NCBI GenBank assembly: GCA_040285825.1 | Contig: JAUPSS010000004.1 | Span: 5,237,784 to 5,301,783, forward strand | DNA from: Eukaryota sp. TZLM1-RC | Taxonomy: Eukaryota; Protista; Metamonada: BaSk clade | Reading direction: 5' to 3' | Length of the DNA stretch: 64,000 bases | Shown here: one piece after another, positions 12,073 through 24,200 of the stretch | Layout of the letters: every line of letters starts with the position of its first letter | Numbering within the stretch: position 1 is the stretch's first letter | The notes under the pieces: generated by a model | The model's input: only the letters and a program-made list of their open reading frames with translations | Databases searched by the model: none | Told to the model about the DNA's origin: nothing | Position numbers and translations under genes: made by a program

Positions 12073-12868
12073 CAGGTTTTTTGTGGTATTTGATTGATCT
12101 TTGGACACAATAAACGTCTTTAAAGGGTTTTGAATTCGCAACCAAATGTTTTATCACAGTACTAAACGGGAATAGGAAACAATAAATACTGTTATAAATA
12201 ATCTTAATCCAACACAATTTATGAGTTTGATCGCCACTTTGAGTTTATTTAAATTTAATTCTCGAATACAAGGGTTACTTTGCTCTTAAGCCAATTTAAC
12301 TGAATCTTCTCGCTTCCTAAAGTCGAAAATTATCCTTGTATACAATATCATCCAATTTTCAATTATTGCAATAGATCCAATGTATTCGAGTCAATGAAAA
12401 TTCTAAAACTGAGGACTTCTCGTTCTTCATAACATGATGCTATCAGGAACACTGTTTTGAAAATGTCAAGAGCTGTAAGAATCTTGTGTGTCTTTGGTTC
12501 AAAAGCAACTTAATTCTGTAGATACTGTTGAGTTCAAAGCCAAAGAGAAATAAAGAAAACGTCATAATGATATTGAAATAGTTAATGCTGATGGAATTAG
12601 ACCAATTGTGTTTATTGTTGTTCCCTTTTTCCATAAACGGAAGACTATCCGTAGAAGCAACAACTTTTTTAAATGGTTTTAAATGTTGGAGTTTAATTTA
12701 TTTTTCTCAGTAAATACATCAAACAAATTCGAAAACTGTACAATGTCTAGCTGAATTCTTCTACATCCTTTCAATATTTTAAATGAATAAACGATAAAAA
12801 ATATTTTATAATAAGCAAATAAACAAAAGTACCGAAAAAATTAAATTATATAATACATTTCACAAAAT

Positions 12869-15800
12869 TTAAAAATTTGAACCACCAAATTGACCTAGAC
12901 CTTGTTGAAACAGTTGCCTTTTGTATTCAGAAAACTGTTCATGCAGCTTAAGATACTTCTCCCGCTCTGCCCTTGCCTTATTTTCTGCCCTTGCTACCCT
13001 TTGTTTCTCATAATCCAGACATTTGGCTGCTTCATGTAATTGTTGCTTATAATAATTGATCTTTTCATTAACCTCAAGGCGATGTTGTTCGCCAGCTCGT
13101 TCAATTTCAGCAGCTCTTGTATTCCAATTATTCAAAGCTTCAGTGCATTTTTTGATTTGAGCCTCCCTTCTATTAATTTTTGCTAATAGCTGGTCTTGAG
13201 CTAATCTTAAATTTTCATTGTCATTTAGCGCACTGGAAAGTTTCTGCTCAACCTGGTAAAGCTGCGATCTAAGGGCTTGTTCATCAGAACGATGAGTCTT
13301 GATAGCAGAAAGACTTTGCTCTTTGCTCGACAAGGTTTGATTCAATTGGACAATAGTTGATCGAGATTCAGCTAATTTATCTTGTAATTCAGCAATCTTT
13401 GCTTCTTTTCTGGTAATAATTTGAGATAATTCATTAACTTTGGCTTCAGAAGAATCATTAAAACTACTTTTTTCAGAATTCAATTCATTAATTTGAGACT
13501 TGAGTTTGGAAATTTCATCCAATTTGAATTCCAATGCAGATTCAGTTTCTAATTGTTGCTGTGCTCTAACTTCTAAGTCTTTTCTGTAAGATTTAATCTG
13601 CTGCTGAATTAAAGATTCTTTATGTATTAATTCTTCATGATTTTTTCTTAAAGCATTATTAGATTGTTGGAGATTATTAAAATTATTTGAAACTTCATTC
13701 AATCGAGATTTAACAAGGTTGAGTTCATCTTTACTTTGATCCAAGGCTTGAGAAGTAGAGGTCAATTCCTGATGCTTTTCAGTTAATTGGGTCTTCAAAC
13801 CAGCAACAGCATCTTGTAAAGCTTTATTCTGGGACTTGTAATTGCCCAATTCCATATGATTTGCTTCATATTTGATACCCAAATCAGCGTAATCATTAGA
13901 CAACATGTCAGATTTCTTTTGAGTTTGACTTAGTTGCTCTGAAGTTTCAGTAAGATCATCTTCAAGTGATTTTACCTTCTCCAGTAATTCTTCTTTCTCG
14001 TTATTCAATCCATCAATTATGGAATCTTTTTCTTCAACTGATTTCAACAATTCTTGAATAGAATTTTCCAATTCATCTTTTTTAGCCTTGAGTTCATCAA
14101 AATCAGTAGTTAATTTTTCCAATCTATTAGTTAAAGAAGCCACAGCGGTCTTGTTTTCCCTATTAATTCGTTCATTCCCCGCTAATTTTTCAACTTGTTT
14201 TTCGGCCATGGTTAATTTACGTTTAAATTCTTTGTTCTCTCTATCCAAAGCAGCTTTTTGTTGGGACAGTGCCGCTTTTTCAGAGGTTAACTGGCGGAGT
14301 TTGTTTTCGACATTATCTACACGCTGTTTGGTTCTGGATTTATTGGTTTCTTGCTTAAGGGAAGAGATTAGGGCTTCCTTAGATTCAAGATCTTGCTCAG
14401 TGGCTCTCAAGGCGACGTCAAGATCTTCAACATTATCCTTAAGGTCATCTATTTGTTGATTTAAATCGATAATTTCCTGATTTTTTGAATTTAATTGCTG
14501 TTCTAAATCTAAATAAGCTTCTTTGTTAGCCACAAGAGATTCATTTTCTAATTGCAACTCGTCAACTTTTGCATTTAATTTTTCAAGGTCTTGTAAATGG
14601 CTCTTTAACTCAGCAATTTCATTATTCTTGACATCTAATTCGTTGGCAATTTGATTTTCTCTATTTTTAAATTCATTGAATAAGTGTTCTAATTCTAAAT
14701 AAGCTTCTTTGCTAGCCACAAGAGTTTCATTTTCAGATTTCATTTCATCAATTTTTGCATTTAATTCTCGATTTAAAGACTCACTTTGCTTTAATTCTAG
14801 CTTAATTGAATCTAATTCAGAATTCAATAATGAGAGTTCATTATCCTTATTGGAAATAATGTTTTCAAAATAAGAATTAGTTTCATTTTCGTTTTCTCTT
14901 GTAATTCTTTCTATTTTCGACTCTAAATCAGAAACTAAATTTTGTTGTTCAGATAATTCTTTATAAAGTTGATCAAATTCTTCATTTTGATTAGAATCTG
15001 ATTGCGATTGGTTAGTTGATAGTAAAGCTTCCTTAGATTCAAGTTCATCTCTTGTTGATTTCAAAGATGATTCTAAATTATTGACATTTTGGGTTAATTC
15101 TTGATTTAATTGACTTAAATTGATAATTTCCTGATTTTTTACATTTAATTGCTGTTCTAAATCTAAATAAGCTTCTTTGCTAGCCACAAGAGATTCATTT
15201 TCTAATTGCAACTCGTCAACTTTTGCATTTAATTTTTCAAGGTCTTGTAAATGGCTCTTTAACTCAGCAATTTCATTATTCTTGACATCTAATTCGTTGG
15301 CAATTTGATTTTCTCTATTTTTAAATTCATTGAATTGCTGTTCTAATTCTAAATAAGCTTCTTTACTAGCCACAAGAGTTTCATTTTCAGATTTCATTTC
15401 ATCAATTGTTGCATTTAATTCTCGATTTAAAGAGTCACTTTGCTTTAATTCTAGCTTAATTGAATCTAATTCAGAATTCAATAATGAGAGTTCATTATCC
15501 TTATTGAAAATAATGTTTTCAAAATAAGAATTAGTTTCATTTTCGTTTTCTTTTGTAATTCTTTCAATTTTCGACTCTAAATCAGAAACTAAATTTTGTT
15601 GTTCAGATAATTCTTTATAAAGTTGATCAAATTCTTCATTTTGATTAGAATCTGATTGCGACTGGTTAGTTGATAGTAAAGTTTCCTTGGATTCAAGTTC
15701 ATCTCTTGTTGATTTCAAAGATGATTCTAAATTATTGACATTTTGGGTTAATTCTTGATTTAATTGATTTAAATCGATAATTTCCTGATTTTTTACATTT

Positions 15801-18800
15801 AATTGCTGTTCTAATTCTAAATAAGCTTCTTTGATAGCCACAAGAGATTCATTTTCTAATTGCAATTCGTCAACTTTTGCATTTAATTTTTCAAGCTCTT
15901 GTAAATGGCTCTTCAACTCAGCAATTTCATTATTCTTGACATCTAATTCGTTGGCAATTTGAGTTTCTCTATTTTTAAATTCATTGAATTGCTGTTCTAA
16001 TTCTAAATAAGCTTCTTTACTGGCCACAAGAGTTTCATTTGCAGATTTCATTTCATCAATTTTTGCATTTAATTCTCGATTTAAAGAGTCACTTTGCTTT
16101 AATTCTAGCTTAATTGAATCTAATTCAGAATTCAATAATGAGAGTTCATTATCCTTATTGAAAATAATGTTTTCAAAATAAGAATTAGTTTCATTTTCGT
16201 TTTCTTTTGTAATTCTTTCAATTTTCGACTCTAAATCAGAAACTAAATTTTGTTGTTCAGATAATTCTTTATAAAGTTGATCAAATTCTTCATTTTGATT
16301 AGAATCTGATTGCGACTGGTTAGTTGATAGTAAAGTTTCCTTGGATTCAAGTTCATCTCTTGTTGATTTCAAAGATGATTCTAAATTATTGACATTTTGG
16401 GTTAATTCTTGATTTAATTGATTTAAATCGATAATTTCCTGATTTTTTACATTTAATTGCTGTTCTAATTCTAAATAAGCTTCTTTGATAGCCACAAGAG
16501 ATTCATTTTCTAATTGCAATTCGTCAACTTTTGCATTTAATTTTTCAAGCTCTTGTAAATGGCTCTTCAACTCAGCAATTTCATTATTCTTGACATCTAA
16601 TTCGTTGGCAATTTGAGTTTCTCTATTTTTAAATTCATTGAATTGCTGTTCTAATTCTAAATAAGCTTCTTTACTGGCCACAAGAGTTTCATTTGCAGAT
16701 TTCATTTCATCAATTTTTGCATTTAATTCTCGATTTAAAGAGTCACTATGCTTTAATTCTAGCTTAATTGAATCTAATTCAGAATTCAATAATGAGAGTT
16801 CATTATCCTTATTGGAAATAATGTTTTCAAAATAAGAATTACTTTCATTTTCGTTTTCTTTTGTAATTCTTTCTATTTTCGACTCTAAATCAGAAACTAA
16901 ATTTTGTTGTTCAGATAATTCTTTATAAAGTTGATCAAATTCTTCATTTTGATTAGAATCTGATTGCGATTGGTTAGTTGATAGTAAAGCTTCCTTAGAT
17001 TCAAGTTCACTTCTTGTTGATTTCAAAGATGATTCTAAATTATTGACATTTTGGGTTAATTCTTGATTTAATTGATTTAAATCAATAATTTCCTGCTTTT
17101 TTGCATTTAATTGCTGTTCTAAATCTAAATAAGCTTCTTTGCTAGCCACAAGAGATTCATTTTCTAATTGCAACTCGTCAACTTTTGCATTTAATTTTTC
17201 AAGGTCTTGTAAATGGCTCTTTAACTCAGCAATTTCATTATTCTTGACATCTAATTCGTTGGTAATTTGATTTTCTCTATTTTTAAATTCATTGAATTGC
17301 TGTTTTAATTCTAAATAAGCTTCTTTACTGGCCCCAAGAGTTTCATTTTCATATTTCATTTCATCAATTTTTGCATTTAATTCTCGATTTAAAGAGTCAG
17401 TTTGCTTTAATTCTAGCTTAATTGAATCTAATTCAGAATTCAATAATGAGAGTTCATTATCCTTATTGGAAATAATGTTTTCAAAATTTGAATTAATAGA
17501 ATTTACCTCATCTAGTTTTAAATATAATTCTTGACTTCCAGATTGCAATTGCTCTTTTTCTAATTTTACGGATTCCAACTCAAATTTCAATTTTAAAAGT
17601 TCATTATTTTCAGATTTCAATTCATCTATTTTAAAGTGTAATTCCTCAATTTCTGATTCTTTTTCTGATTTAATTGAACTAATTTCTTCCTCTTTTTGCA
17701 ATTGAATAACCTCATAATTTGCTTTTAAATCAGCAACCAATTTCCTTTCAACTTTTAATTCTTCTTTCAATTTATCCAACTCAGCGGCTTGTTCTTTGAT
17801 AATTTCAGCTTGTGAACTATCTTCTTGATAACCATCAACCATGAAATCATTATTGATTGGAGTCTGGGAAGGTCTTTTGAACATTTCAAACTGTTCTAGA
17901 GTTGGCGAAGAAGGTGCAATACTTGATCTCTTTTCTGATGGGATTTGAAAATTTGGTAAATCAACAGAAAATTTGGGAGCAAGCGAGGGTCTTGGTGCTG
18001 GTCTCATAGGTGACATAGAAGGGCTCATCTTTTGAAATTTTCGGTTAGCAGTATTGAGTGAAGGACACCAAGTAAGTCGTCTATTAAAAGAGCTGGGTTT
18101 GGGTTCTTCATCAATAAGACGTTGATTTAGTAATAATTGTAAATTCTTTTCCTTCAATTCTTTAATTTCATTTTCATATCGTTTTAATAAAGCTCTATCA
18201 TCCAAAACTTCATTAATCTTTGCCCTATTTTGAACACTTTTAGCCCGCATTGCGAAATCCAAAGTACTTTTGGTAACTTCAAAATGCTTAACATGGGGAG
18301 TGATACAGCAAATCATTACGGTTAAAGAATTACCACCCAAAGCATTCATTAGCACATGAGTTAACTTTGAATCTCGGTAATTAACAAAGCCAGAGGGATT
18401 TGATTGTAATTTTGAAATTAAAGTTCCTAATGATAATAGCGACTTGTTAATATTACCAGCTTCTCTCAGCTGAGTTCCTTTAGCTCCAGTTTGGGAAGCT
18501 CTTTCACTACCAGCTAAATCAACTAAATTTAAATGAGATATTCTCACTGCACCATCAGAAATTGGTGATTTGTCCTGTGATTCAAGAATTATTCTAAAAA
18601 TAGAATGACTTCGAGAACTTCTGTCATTCATTTTTGTGGCACCTACATGACGTCGTTGGTTTCCCTTTTCCAATTGTTCCAAGGCGTCTTCAACTGACAT
18701 GACTACGAATTCTTGGACAGAGCAAAGAACCACTGAGTTAGTTTGGGCATCTGTACGGAGATAAGGACTGTTCTTGGGTTCAAGTAGATCGAAAATGTCT

Positions 18801-19189
18801 TCATTGTAGATTTCGATGAAAGAAACACGAAGGAGATATTGGCGGTCCAAGGTAGCTTCAATGTGATCAAAAATGTCAGAAAGAGCACGATAAACAACAC
18901 CTGGATCATCATGAGAACCCATCATACTGTGAGTTTTACCAGCAGCAGTTTGTCCATAAGCAAAAACGGTACCATGGAATCCCTCGATGGCCTGTGACAC
19001 GATAGGGGAGACAAGAGAGTTGTAGAGAGATGAGTTGTTTTCAGATTCATTAAAGACGTTGTCAAAGTTGTAGATTGTGGAAGACATATCTGAGGACAGA
19101 GTGGTTTGATCGGAGCGCCAGCAGCGTTCTGATTCATTGGCAAAAAGGGGCCGTACTCTGACAGCCACCTTAATGTTGCCAGAGTTCAT
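12869..19189 (-). CDS. CENPE: Kinesin-7 / CENP-E-like kinesin, 2106 aa
   Basis: N-terminal motor with GQTAAGKT, NDRSSRSH and LVDLAGSE. Post-motor RRLTWC matches the CENP-E RRVTWC motif. Very long coiled coil. Confidence 0.85.
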   Translation of the reverse strand: MNSGNIKVAVRVRPLFANESERCWRSDQTTLSSDMSSTIYNFDNVFNESENNSSLYNSLVSPIVSQAIEGFHGTVFAYGQTAAGKTHSMMGSHDDPGVVYRALSDIFDHIEATLDRQYLLRVSFIEIYNEDIFDLLEPKNSPYLRTDAQTNSVVLCSVQEFVVMSVEDALEQLEKGNQRRHVGATKMNDRSSRSHSIFRIILESQDKSPISDGAVRISHLNLVDLAGSERASQTGAKGTQLREAGNINKSLLSLGTLISKLQSNPSGFVNYRDSKLTHVLMNALGGNSLTVMICCITPHVKHFEVTKSTLDFAMRAKSVQNRAKINEVLDDRALLKRYENEIKELKEKNLQLLLNQRLIDEEPKPSSFNRRLTWCPSLNTANRKFQKMSPSMSPMRPAPRPSLAPKFSVDLPNFQIPSEKRSSIAPSSPTLEQFEMFKRPSQTPINNDFMVDGYQEDSSQAEIIKEQAAELDKLKEELKVERKLVADLKANYEVIQLQKEEEISSIKSEKESEIEELHFKIDELKSENNELLKLKFELESVKLEKEQLQSGSQELYLKLDEVNSINSNFENIISNKDNELSLLNSELDSIKLELKQTDSLNRELNAKIDEMKYENETLGASKEAYLELKQQFNEFKNRENQITNELDVKNNEIAELKSHLQDLEKLNAKVDELQLENESLVASKEAYLDLEQQLNAKKQEIIDLNQLNQELTQNVNNLESSLKSTRSELESKEALLSTNQSQSDSNQNEEFDQLYKELSEQQNLVSDLESKIERITKENENESNSYFENIISNKDNELSLLNSELDSIKLELKHSDSLNRELNAKIDEMKSANETLVASKEAYLELEQQFNEFKNRETQIANELDVKNNEIAELKSHLQELEKLNAKVDELQLENESLVAIKEAYLELEQQLNVKNQEIIDLNQLNQELTQNVNNLESSLKSTRDELESKETLLSTNQSQSDSNQNEEFDQLYKELSEQQNLVSDLESKIERITKENENETNSYFENIIFNKDNELSLLNSELDSIKLELKQSDSLNRELNAKIDEMKSANETLVASKEAYLELEQQFNEFKNRETQIANELDVKNNEIAELKSHLQELEKLNAKVDELQLENESLVAIKEAYLELEQQLNVKNQEIIDLNQLNQELTQNVNNLESSLKSTRDELESKETLLSTNQSQSDSNQNEEFDQLYKELSEQQNLVSDLESKIERITKENENETNSYFENIIFNKDNELSLLNSELDSIKLELKQSDSLNRELNATIDEMKSENETLVASKEAYLELEQQFNEFKNRENQIANELDVKNNEIAELKSHLQDLEKLNAKVDELQLENESLVASKEAYLDLEQQLNVKNQEIINLSQLNQELTQNVNNLESSLKSTRDELESKEALLSTNQSQSDSNQNEEFDQLYKELSEQQNLVSDLESKIERITRENENETNSYFENIISNKDNELSLLNSELDSIKLELKQSESLNRELNAKIDEMKSENETLVASKEAYLELEHLFNEFKNRENQIANELDVKNNEIAELKSHLQDLEKLNAKVDELQLENESLVANKEAYLDLEQQLNSKNQEIIDLNQQIDDLKDNVEDLDVALRATEQDLESKEALISSLKQETNKSRTKQRVDNVENKLRQLTSEKAALSQQKAALDRENKEFKRKLTMAEKQVEKLAGNERINRENKTAVASLTNRLEKLTTDFDELKAKKDELENSIQELLKSVEEKDSIIDGLNNEKEELLEKVKSLEDDLTETSEQLSQTQKKSDMLSNDYADLGIKYEANHMELGNYKSQNKALQDAVAGLKTQLTEKHQELTSTSQALDQSKDELNLVKSRLNEVSNNFNNLQQSNNALRKNHEELIHKESLIQQQIKSYRKDLEVRAQQQLETESALEFKLDEISKLKSQINELNSEKSSFNDSSEAKVNELSQIITRKEAKIAELQDKLAESRSTIVQLNQTLSSKEQSLSAIKTHRSDEQALRSQLYQVEQKLSSALNDNENLRLAQDQLLAKINRREAQIKKCTEALNNWNTRAAEIERAGEQHRLEVNEKINYYKQQLHEAAKCLDYEKQRVARAENKARAEREKYLKLHEQFSEYKRQLFQQGLGQFGGSNF
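14455..17487 (-). repeat. Coding tandem repeat, ~4.6 x 654 bp (218 aa), in the kinesin stalk
   Basis: Marker TGAGAGTTC recurs at 14831, 15485, 16139, 16793 and 17447 (period 654). Confidence 0.95.
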
Positions 19190-20118
19190 GAGAGGGGAAG
19201 AAGGAGAGCCGATAATATGTGGAGGTTTTGATGTTGTGCTTTCTGGAAAATTGTGCTCCCTCCTATTTACATGGTTGATGTGATAGATCTAGCAAACCGC
19301 TGAATGTTTGCAGTTGCATCCTCTTATTGGTACTATTTCAAACACTGTTATTGGGCAACATGTTCCGTTGTCTCGTCCAGAATACTCCTTTAAACACAAT
19401 TTTCACCTGCTTGAGCTGACGTAACTTGCTCATCTGGTATCTTACTCCCATTGAATATTATGAATATATTACACATTCAAATAGAACAAAGATTCAAGAA
19501 TTACAAGCCTGACAATATTTATGGAACTGATTCTGTCCCGACACCTTCCAAATGAAATTCACTATTCTTAAATGGTGTTTTGAACATAAGCTAAATAAAG
19601 TCATTTTTCCTCCTTGTTATTTTGATTACTTTGTTTCGCCTTGGACTCTTCAACACAATTTATAATCCTATAAGGTAAAGTATCAGTAGTGTACGTAAGC
19701 CACTGATTATGCAACATGAAGGAACGGTATTTTCGTAATGGTAGATTTGAAAATATCACAACTATTATACCTTTTTGATAGCTTTCGTGTTAGTGCTGAA
19801 CTGTACAATAATACTGAATTATCCATCATAATGATGCTACAGCCAAAGAACAGCATAGATGACAATATTGATTAATGTTTACAACTTACATAACAATAAG
19901 ATGAGTATGATCTGAAACATGTGGTGTGACAGTTTAGTGGGTGTCCATAACACTAGAAGTGATTGATGTATGAACGAGCGACTAGTGCTACACTCGCACT
20001 CGGTCAGCATAGAAGGTGTTATCATTGATGACTCAGACTGGAAGTGAAGTTTCAGATTCCAAATTCAAAGGTCACAAATCAAAATTGATTAGCTTGCCAC
20101 GTCATAATTCTTGACTTC

Positions 20119-22875
20119 ATGCAACTTCTTGCCAAACTGATTGTGAAATCTAGGCTGTTGTTGCTATTTGTATTTCTGCTTCTCACTGCAGCTTCCATCC
20201 ACTATTCCTCATATGTGGTGGTCAACTATTCTTCTTCTTCCTACCTTCCCCCTGACAGTGAAACCTCTATTGCTTTGAACATTGTCAGAGGCGAGTATGT
20301 GACCCCTGACAGTATTTCTGTTATGGTGTCTTACATAGACAAAACAACCTCTTTCCATGTTTTATCCAAGCTTGAAACCATATCAGACATTGAGCACATT
20401 TCTTTCAACCCTCATGACGAGTCCTACTACCAGAACAGAAATGCTCGCTATAGTGTGACTCTCACTCCAAATACTCGGTACGAAACTACTATCAAGTCCA
20501 TTCGCGAAACCCTTGACCATTACCATGTTTCTTTAGCAGGTGGTCCCATTGACAGTATGAACGAGAAGGAAGCTCTTTCTAGGGAAATGACCTTAATCAT
20601 TGGCTCCTGTGTAGCTATTCTCTTTGTCATTTTGACCTTCATGTCTACCAGTTATCTTCATACATTTGTTTTTGGAGTTACTTGTATTATAGGCATTATC
20701 CTCAACAGCGGTACTAATGCTTTGTTTGATGACATCTCTTACATAACCAACTCCATTTCAGCTATACTCCAGTTAGGTCTGTCCATGGATTACAGTGTGA
20801 TTCTCTTGAACAGATACAAGGACGAACTTTGCCAGCACACAAGTCCAAAAGACGCAATGATTTCTGCTCTTTCCTCAACCATGATTCCAATCACATCATC
20901 ATCATTTACTACTATTGCTGGTATGCTGGCCCTCACTGCGATGGAGTACACCATGGGAAGAGACATTGGGTTGGTATTGGCGAAGGGCATCGTTTGTTCG
21001 TTAGTTGCTGTCTTCTTCGTTATGCCTTCCTTGCTTGTCTGTCTCCATTCCTGGTGCGAAAAGACGAAGAAGAAGGCTTTAAAAGTTGATGGTAAAGTTT
21101 TTGTGTACTTTGGGAGTAAGTTGGGATATCTAACGTTAATCTTGACCATCGTTTTGGTGTCGGTTTCTTTTTTCGTTCAATCAAATAACTCATACGCTTT
21201 CACTGATTACATGCCGAATGAGGAAAGAGACGCCGTTGAGGCTTTATTTGGTTCAACAGAGACAGTCATGGCGTTGTACAGAACTGAAGGAGTTGATACT
21301 TTTACGACAGAACGGAAACTAATCAATTTGATTGATGATTACGTGATTGATGGTGATTATGTTTTGAAGTCACAACTTTCTTTATCAACTACAGTCTACC
21401 AACCCTTAAAATCTGATGATTTATCCAATCAAATGAACCTTGAATACGAAACCTCGAAAATTTTGTTTGGAATGTATTACTTGGAAAACGACCAATCCCA
21501 TCAAATGAATGTCAAACAATTCGTTAGCGTGTCCCATGGCTTAACCAATCGCCCAGACATTGAAGCTTCAATTCCAACTGAAGAAAAAGATCAGTTACGC
21601 CAAGTTAATCTGATCCTAACTAATTTGGATAGACCACTCACGATCACCCAAGCCTCGCTTATGACGGGGATACCTCTACCTTTAATGACCGCCATCTACT
21701 CGTCTTATTATATAGATAACGTTAAAGAAGGACATTCTTGGAAGGAACAGCTAGTTGACATTGTTTTAGAAGGAGTCAATCTTGTCAGAACTATAGTTTT
21801 GGAAGATTTGTTATATTATATTTTAGAAATGGAGTCTAAAGGAGCTCTACCCATGGATGGGACGGAGAAGAATGATTTTCACAATACAATGGTGCTGGTG
21901 GCTCATCAATACTCTGAGTTTAACCACCAACAAATGTCTATTGTTTCAGGAGTTGATAATAACTTGGTATTGACAGTTTATGCTGCTTACTTTACTGAAT
22001 TGGGAGTTTTTGAAACAAATTCTATTCCTAGTGGGCTTTTCGTTCGTTTTCTTGACTCTCAGCGTCGTCATAATGAGTTGATTGCAGCAATGATGAAGCC
22101 AGAAGATCATATGGGATTGGACGAACTGGTAGATCAGATTGATATGGTTGAATATAATCTCAAAGGAAAAACCACACAAAGAATGATTCTCGACCTGCAA
22201 CTGCCATCTGAAGGTCAGAACACATGGGATTATATTGATTTTCTTCGAGAGTCAATGCAAAAAACCTTTGGATCAGAGAGTTGGATTGCTGGCAGTACGG
22301 TGGCCAACAAGGATACTTTTGAGTCCTTTACTTCAGATTTACTCAAAATCAACGCAATTACTGTCGTTTCTATTGTTTTATTAGTAGGTTTGGCTTTTGT
22401 TTCTGTTTCAATCCCGTTGATATTAATAATTGTAATTCAAGGAGCTATCTGGTTTTCAATGTCTATTTCCTATTTCCTTGGAGACTCAGTCTTCTTTTTA
22501 TCGTACCTTGTTATTATTGCTATCCAAATGGGAAGCTCGGTTGATTATGCTATTCTATTAACCTCTGAATACCTTTCAGCTAGAAAACTATGGAGCAAAA
22601 AAGCTGCTTTGAATGATGCAATTGCGAATGCCCTTCCAACTATTTTAACTTCAGGTTTAATTCTAATGTTTTGTGGACTTTCTGTTTCTTATATATCAAC
22701 TCAAAAATCTGTACAAGCTGTTGGAAGCCTTTTGGCAAGAGGAACAGTTGTTAGTATGGCTTTTGTTGTGGTTTTGCTCCCTGGGATACTATATGTTTGT
22801 GATGCTCTTATTGGTAAAACCACAGTTAACTCAAAGTTCATAAGCACTGATGCTCAAAACTTGGATCATTATTAG
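20119..22875 (+). CDS. MMPL / RND-superfamily transporter, bacterial type
   Basis: Two MMPL halves with LQLGLSMDYSVILLNRY and IQMGSSVDYAILL, N-terminal YLPPDSET, about 12 TM segments, intronless. Confidence 0.88.
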   Translation: MQLLAKLIVKSRLLLLFVFLLLTAASIHYSSYVVVNYSSSSYLPPDSETSIALNIVRGEYVTPDSISVMVSYIDKTTSFHVLSKLETISDIEHISFNPHDESYYQNRNARYSVTLTPNTRYETTIKSIRETLDHYHVSLAGGPIDSMNEKEALSREMTLIIGSCVAILFVILTFMSTSYLHTFVFGVTCIIGIILNSGTNALFDDISYITNSISAILQLGLSMDYSVILLNRYKDELCQHTSPKDAMISALSSTMIPITSSSFTTIAGMLALTAMEYTMGRDIGLVLAKGIVCSLVAVFFVMPSLLVCLHSWCEKTKKKALKVDGKVFVYFGSKLGYLTLILTIVLVSVSFFVQSNNSYAFTDYMPNEERDAVEALFGSTETVMALYRTEGVDTFTTERKLINLIDDYVIDGDYVLKSQLSLSTTVYQPLKSDDLSNQMNLEYETSKILFGMYYLENDQSHQMNVKQFVSVSHGLTNRPDIEASIPTEEKDQLRQVNLILTNLDRPLTITQASLMTGIPLPLMTAIYSSYYIDNVKEGHSWKEQLVDIVLEGVNLVRTIVLEDLLYYILEMESKGALPMDGTEKNDFHNTMVLVAHQYSEFNHQQMSIVSGVDNNLVLTVYAAYFTELGVFETNSIPSGLFVRFLDSQRRHNELIAAMMKPEDHMGLDELVDQIDMVEYNLKGKTTQRMILDLQLPSEGQNTWDYIDFLRESMQKTFGSESWIAGSTVANKDTFESFTSDLLKINAITVVSIVLLVGLAFVSVSIPLILIIVIQGAIWFSMSISYFLGDSVFFLSYLVIIAIQMGSSVDYAILLTSEYLSARKLWSKKAALNDAIANALPTILTSGLILMFCGLSVSYISTQKSVQAVGSLLARGTVVSMAFVVVLLPGILYVCDALIGKTTVNSKFISTDAQNLDHY

Positions 22876-23209
22876 TATTATTGTCTTGTGTGATTTTCTC
22901 AAGTGTCTTTTTGTTAGTTGTTTTGTAAATTTCTAATTTGTCTTTATTTGTATTTAAATCCTTTCAGTTTGTTTTCGTTATTCAGAACATAGCATTTTTT
23001 GACATTTCACTTTCACTTTCACACAAATTTTTTTTGCTTATTCTTTGAATTTCCACTGGTCATAATTTTGGTTTAGCAACGGTTTAGGCCTTCTTCATAA
23101 CTTCAAAGATTCAGAAAGTTGACTGCTCACAATTTTTGTGGTATATCAAACCTGAAAGTAACTAATGTTTTCTGAGTAATAATACTGTATTTATTAAACT
23201 TTTACACAT

Positions 23210-24200
23210 AACAAAATAAACTCATAACTAATGGGACGAAATTCATTGAACCAAGATTTCCTCTACAAAATCTTGATCTACTTGATGTCTAGCTAAAGCT
23301 TCTCTAATTCGATGGAAAAACCAAGGCAATCTATTAATAATGGCAAATTGAATTCGAGAGCGCCACAAAAAGATATCAAATCTTTCCATTGTTTTTTCTT
23401 GAACATTTTTTGGAAATCATTCAAAAAAGCTCCTGATTCTATTGATAGCCTTCCGTTTTTCGAAAAGGGGAAAGCAACAACAACAAGTGGTCTATTTCTA
23501 TAAGCATTAGCTTTTTCGATACCTTTGTCATATTTTCTATGTTTTTCTTGGGCCTTAAATTCGAGAGCACTCATAGGATTAAGTTTTCTTTTTTGAACCA
23601 AAATGTCATTTGCAACATCACATGAGACAAAGTCAAGAACATCCTCAGAGTTATCAATCCAATCACAGTATACATCACCCCTATCATCAGAACCGAAATT
23701 GTTGAACGACAGTGTTTCCTTCAGCAGGGGCTCTTTGATACACGAGAATCTTACAGTTTGTGCCATATTAAAAACAGTGTCTCTAACAGCATTATGTAAT
23801 GAAGAACGATAAGTTATCAATTTCGAACAATTAAGAGCATGACGCAAAGTGAGCTGTGGTGAATTCGAACAAATACATTTTTCTTTTAATAATCATTGGT
23901 TCATGGTAATATTCAGAGATAATCTCATTTTTGTTACAAACGCTTCATTATTAGCATATAGTCCAAATCTTCGTGGTAGAATGGTTACAAACAGTGAAGA
24001 ATCTGAAGAGTGATTTTCACAAACACCTTTTCCCAATAACAATGAGTGGACAACTTGATTTAAAACAGCCAAGCTGCACATATTTTTATAAAGATCTTTT
24101 TGATACAATCAATTCACTCAGCAATAATGAATACCTTCATACAATATTGAATGAATTAATAAATGAACAAAGAATGATAGAACAAAAACACAGGAAAATA
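23210..24200 (-). mobile_element. RLE non-LTR retrotransposon 3' fragment (family A)
   Basis: ORFs 23293..23847 and 23893..24108: zinc knuckle, H(N/D)AVRD, RGDV, K..KY, FPFS..G. Confidence 0.85.
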
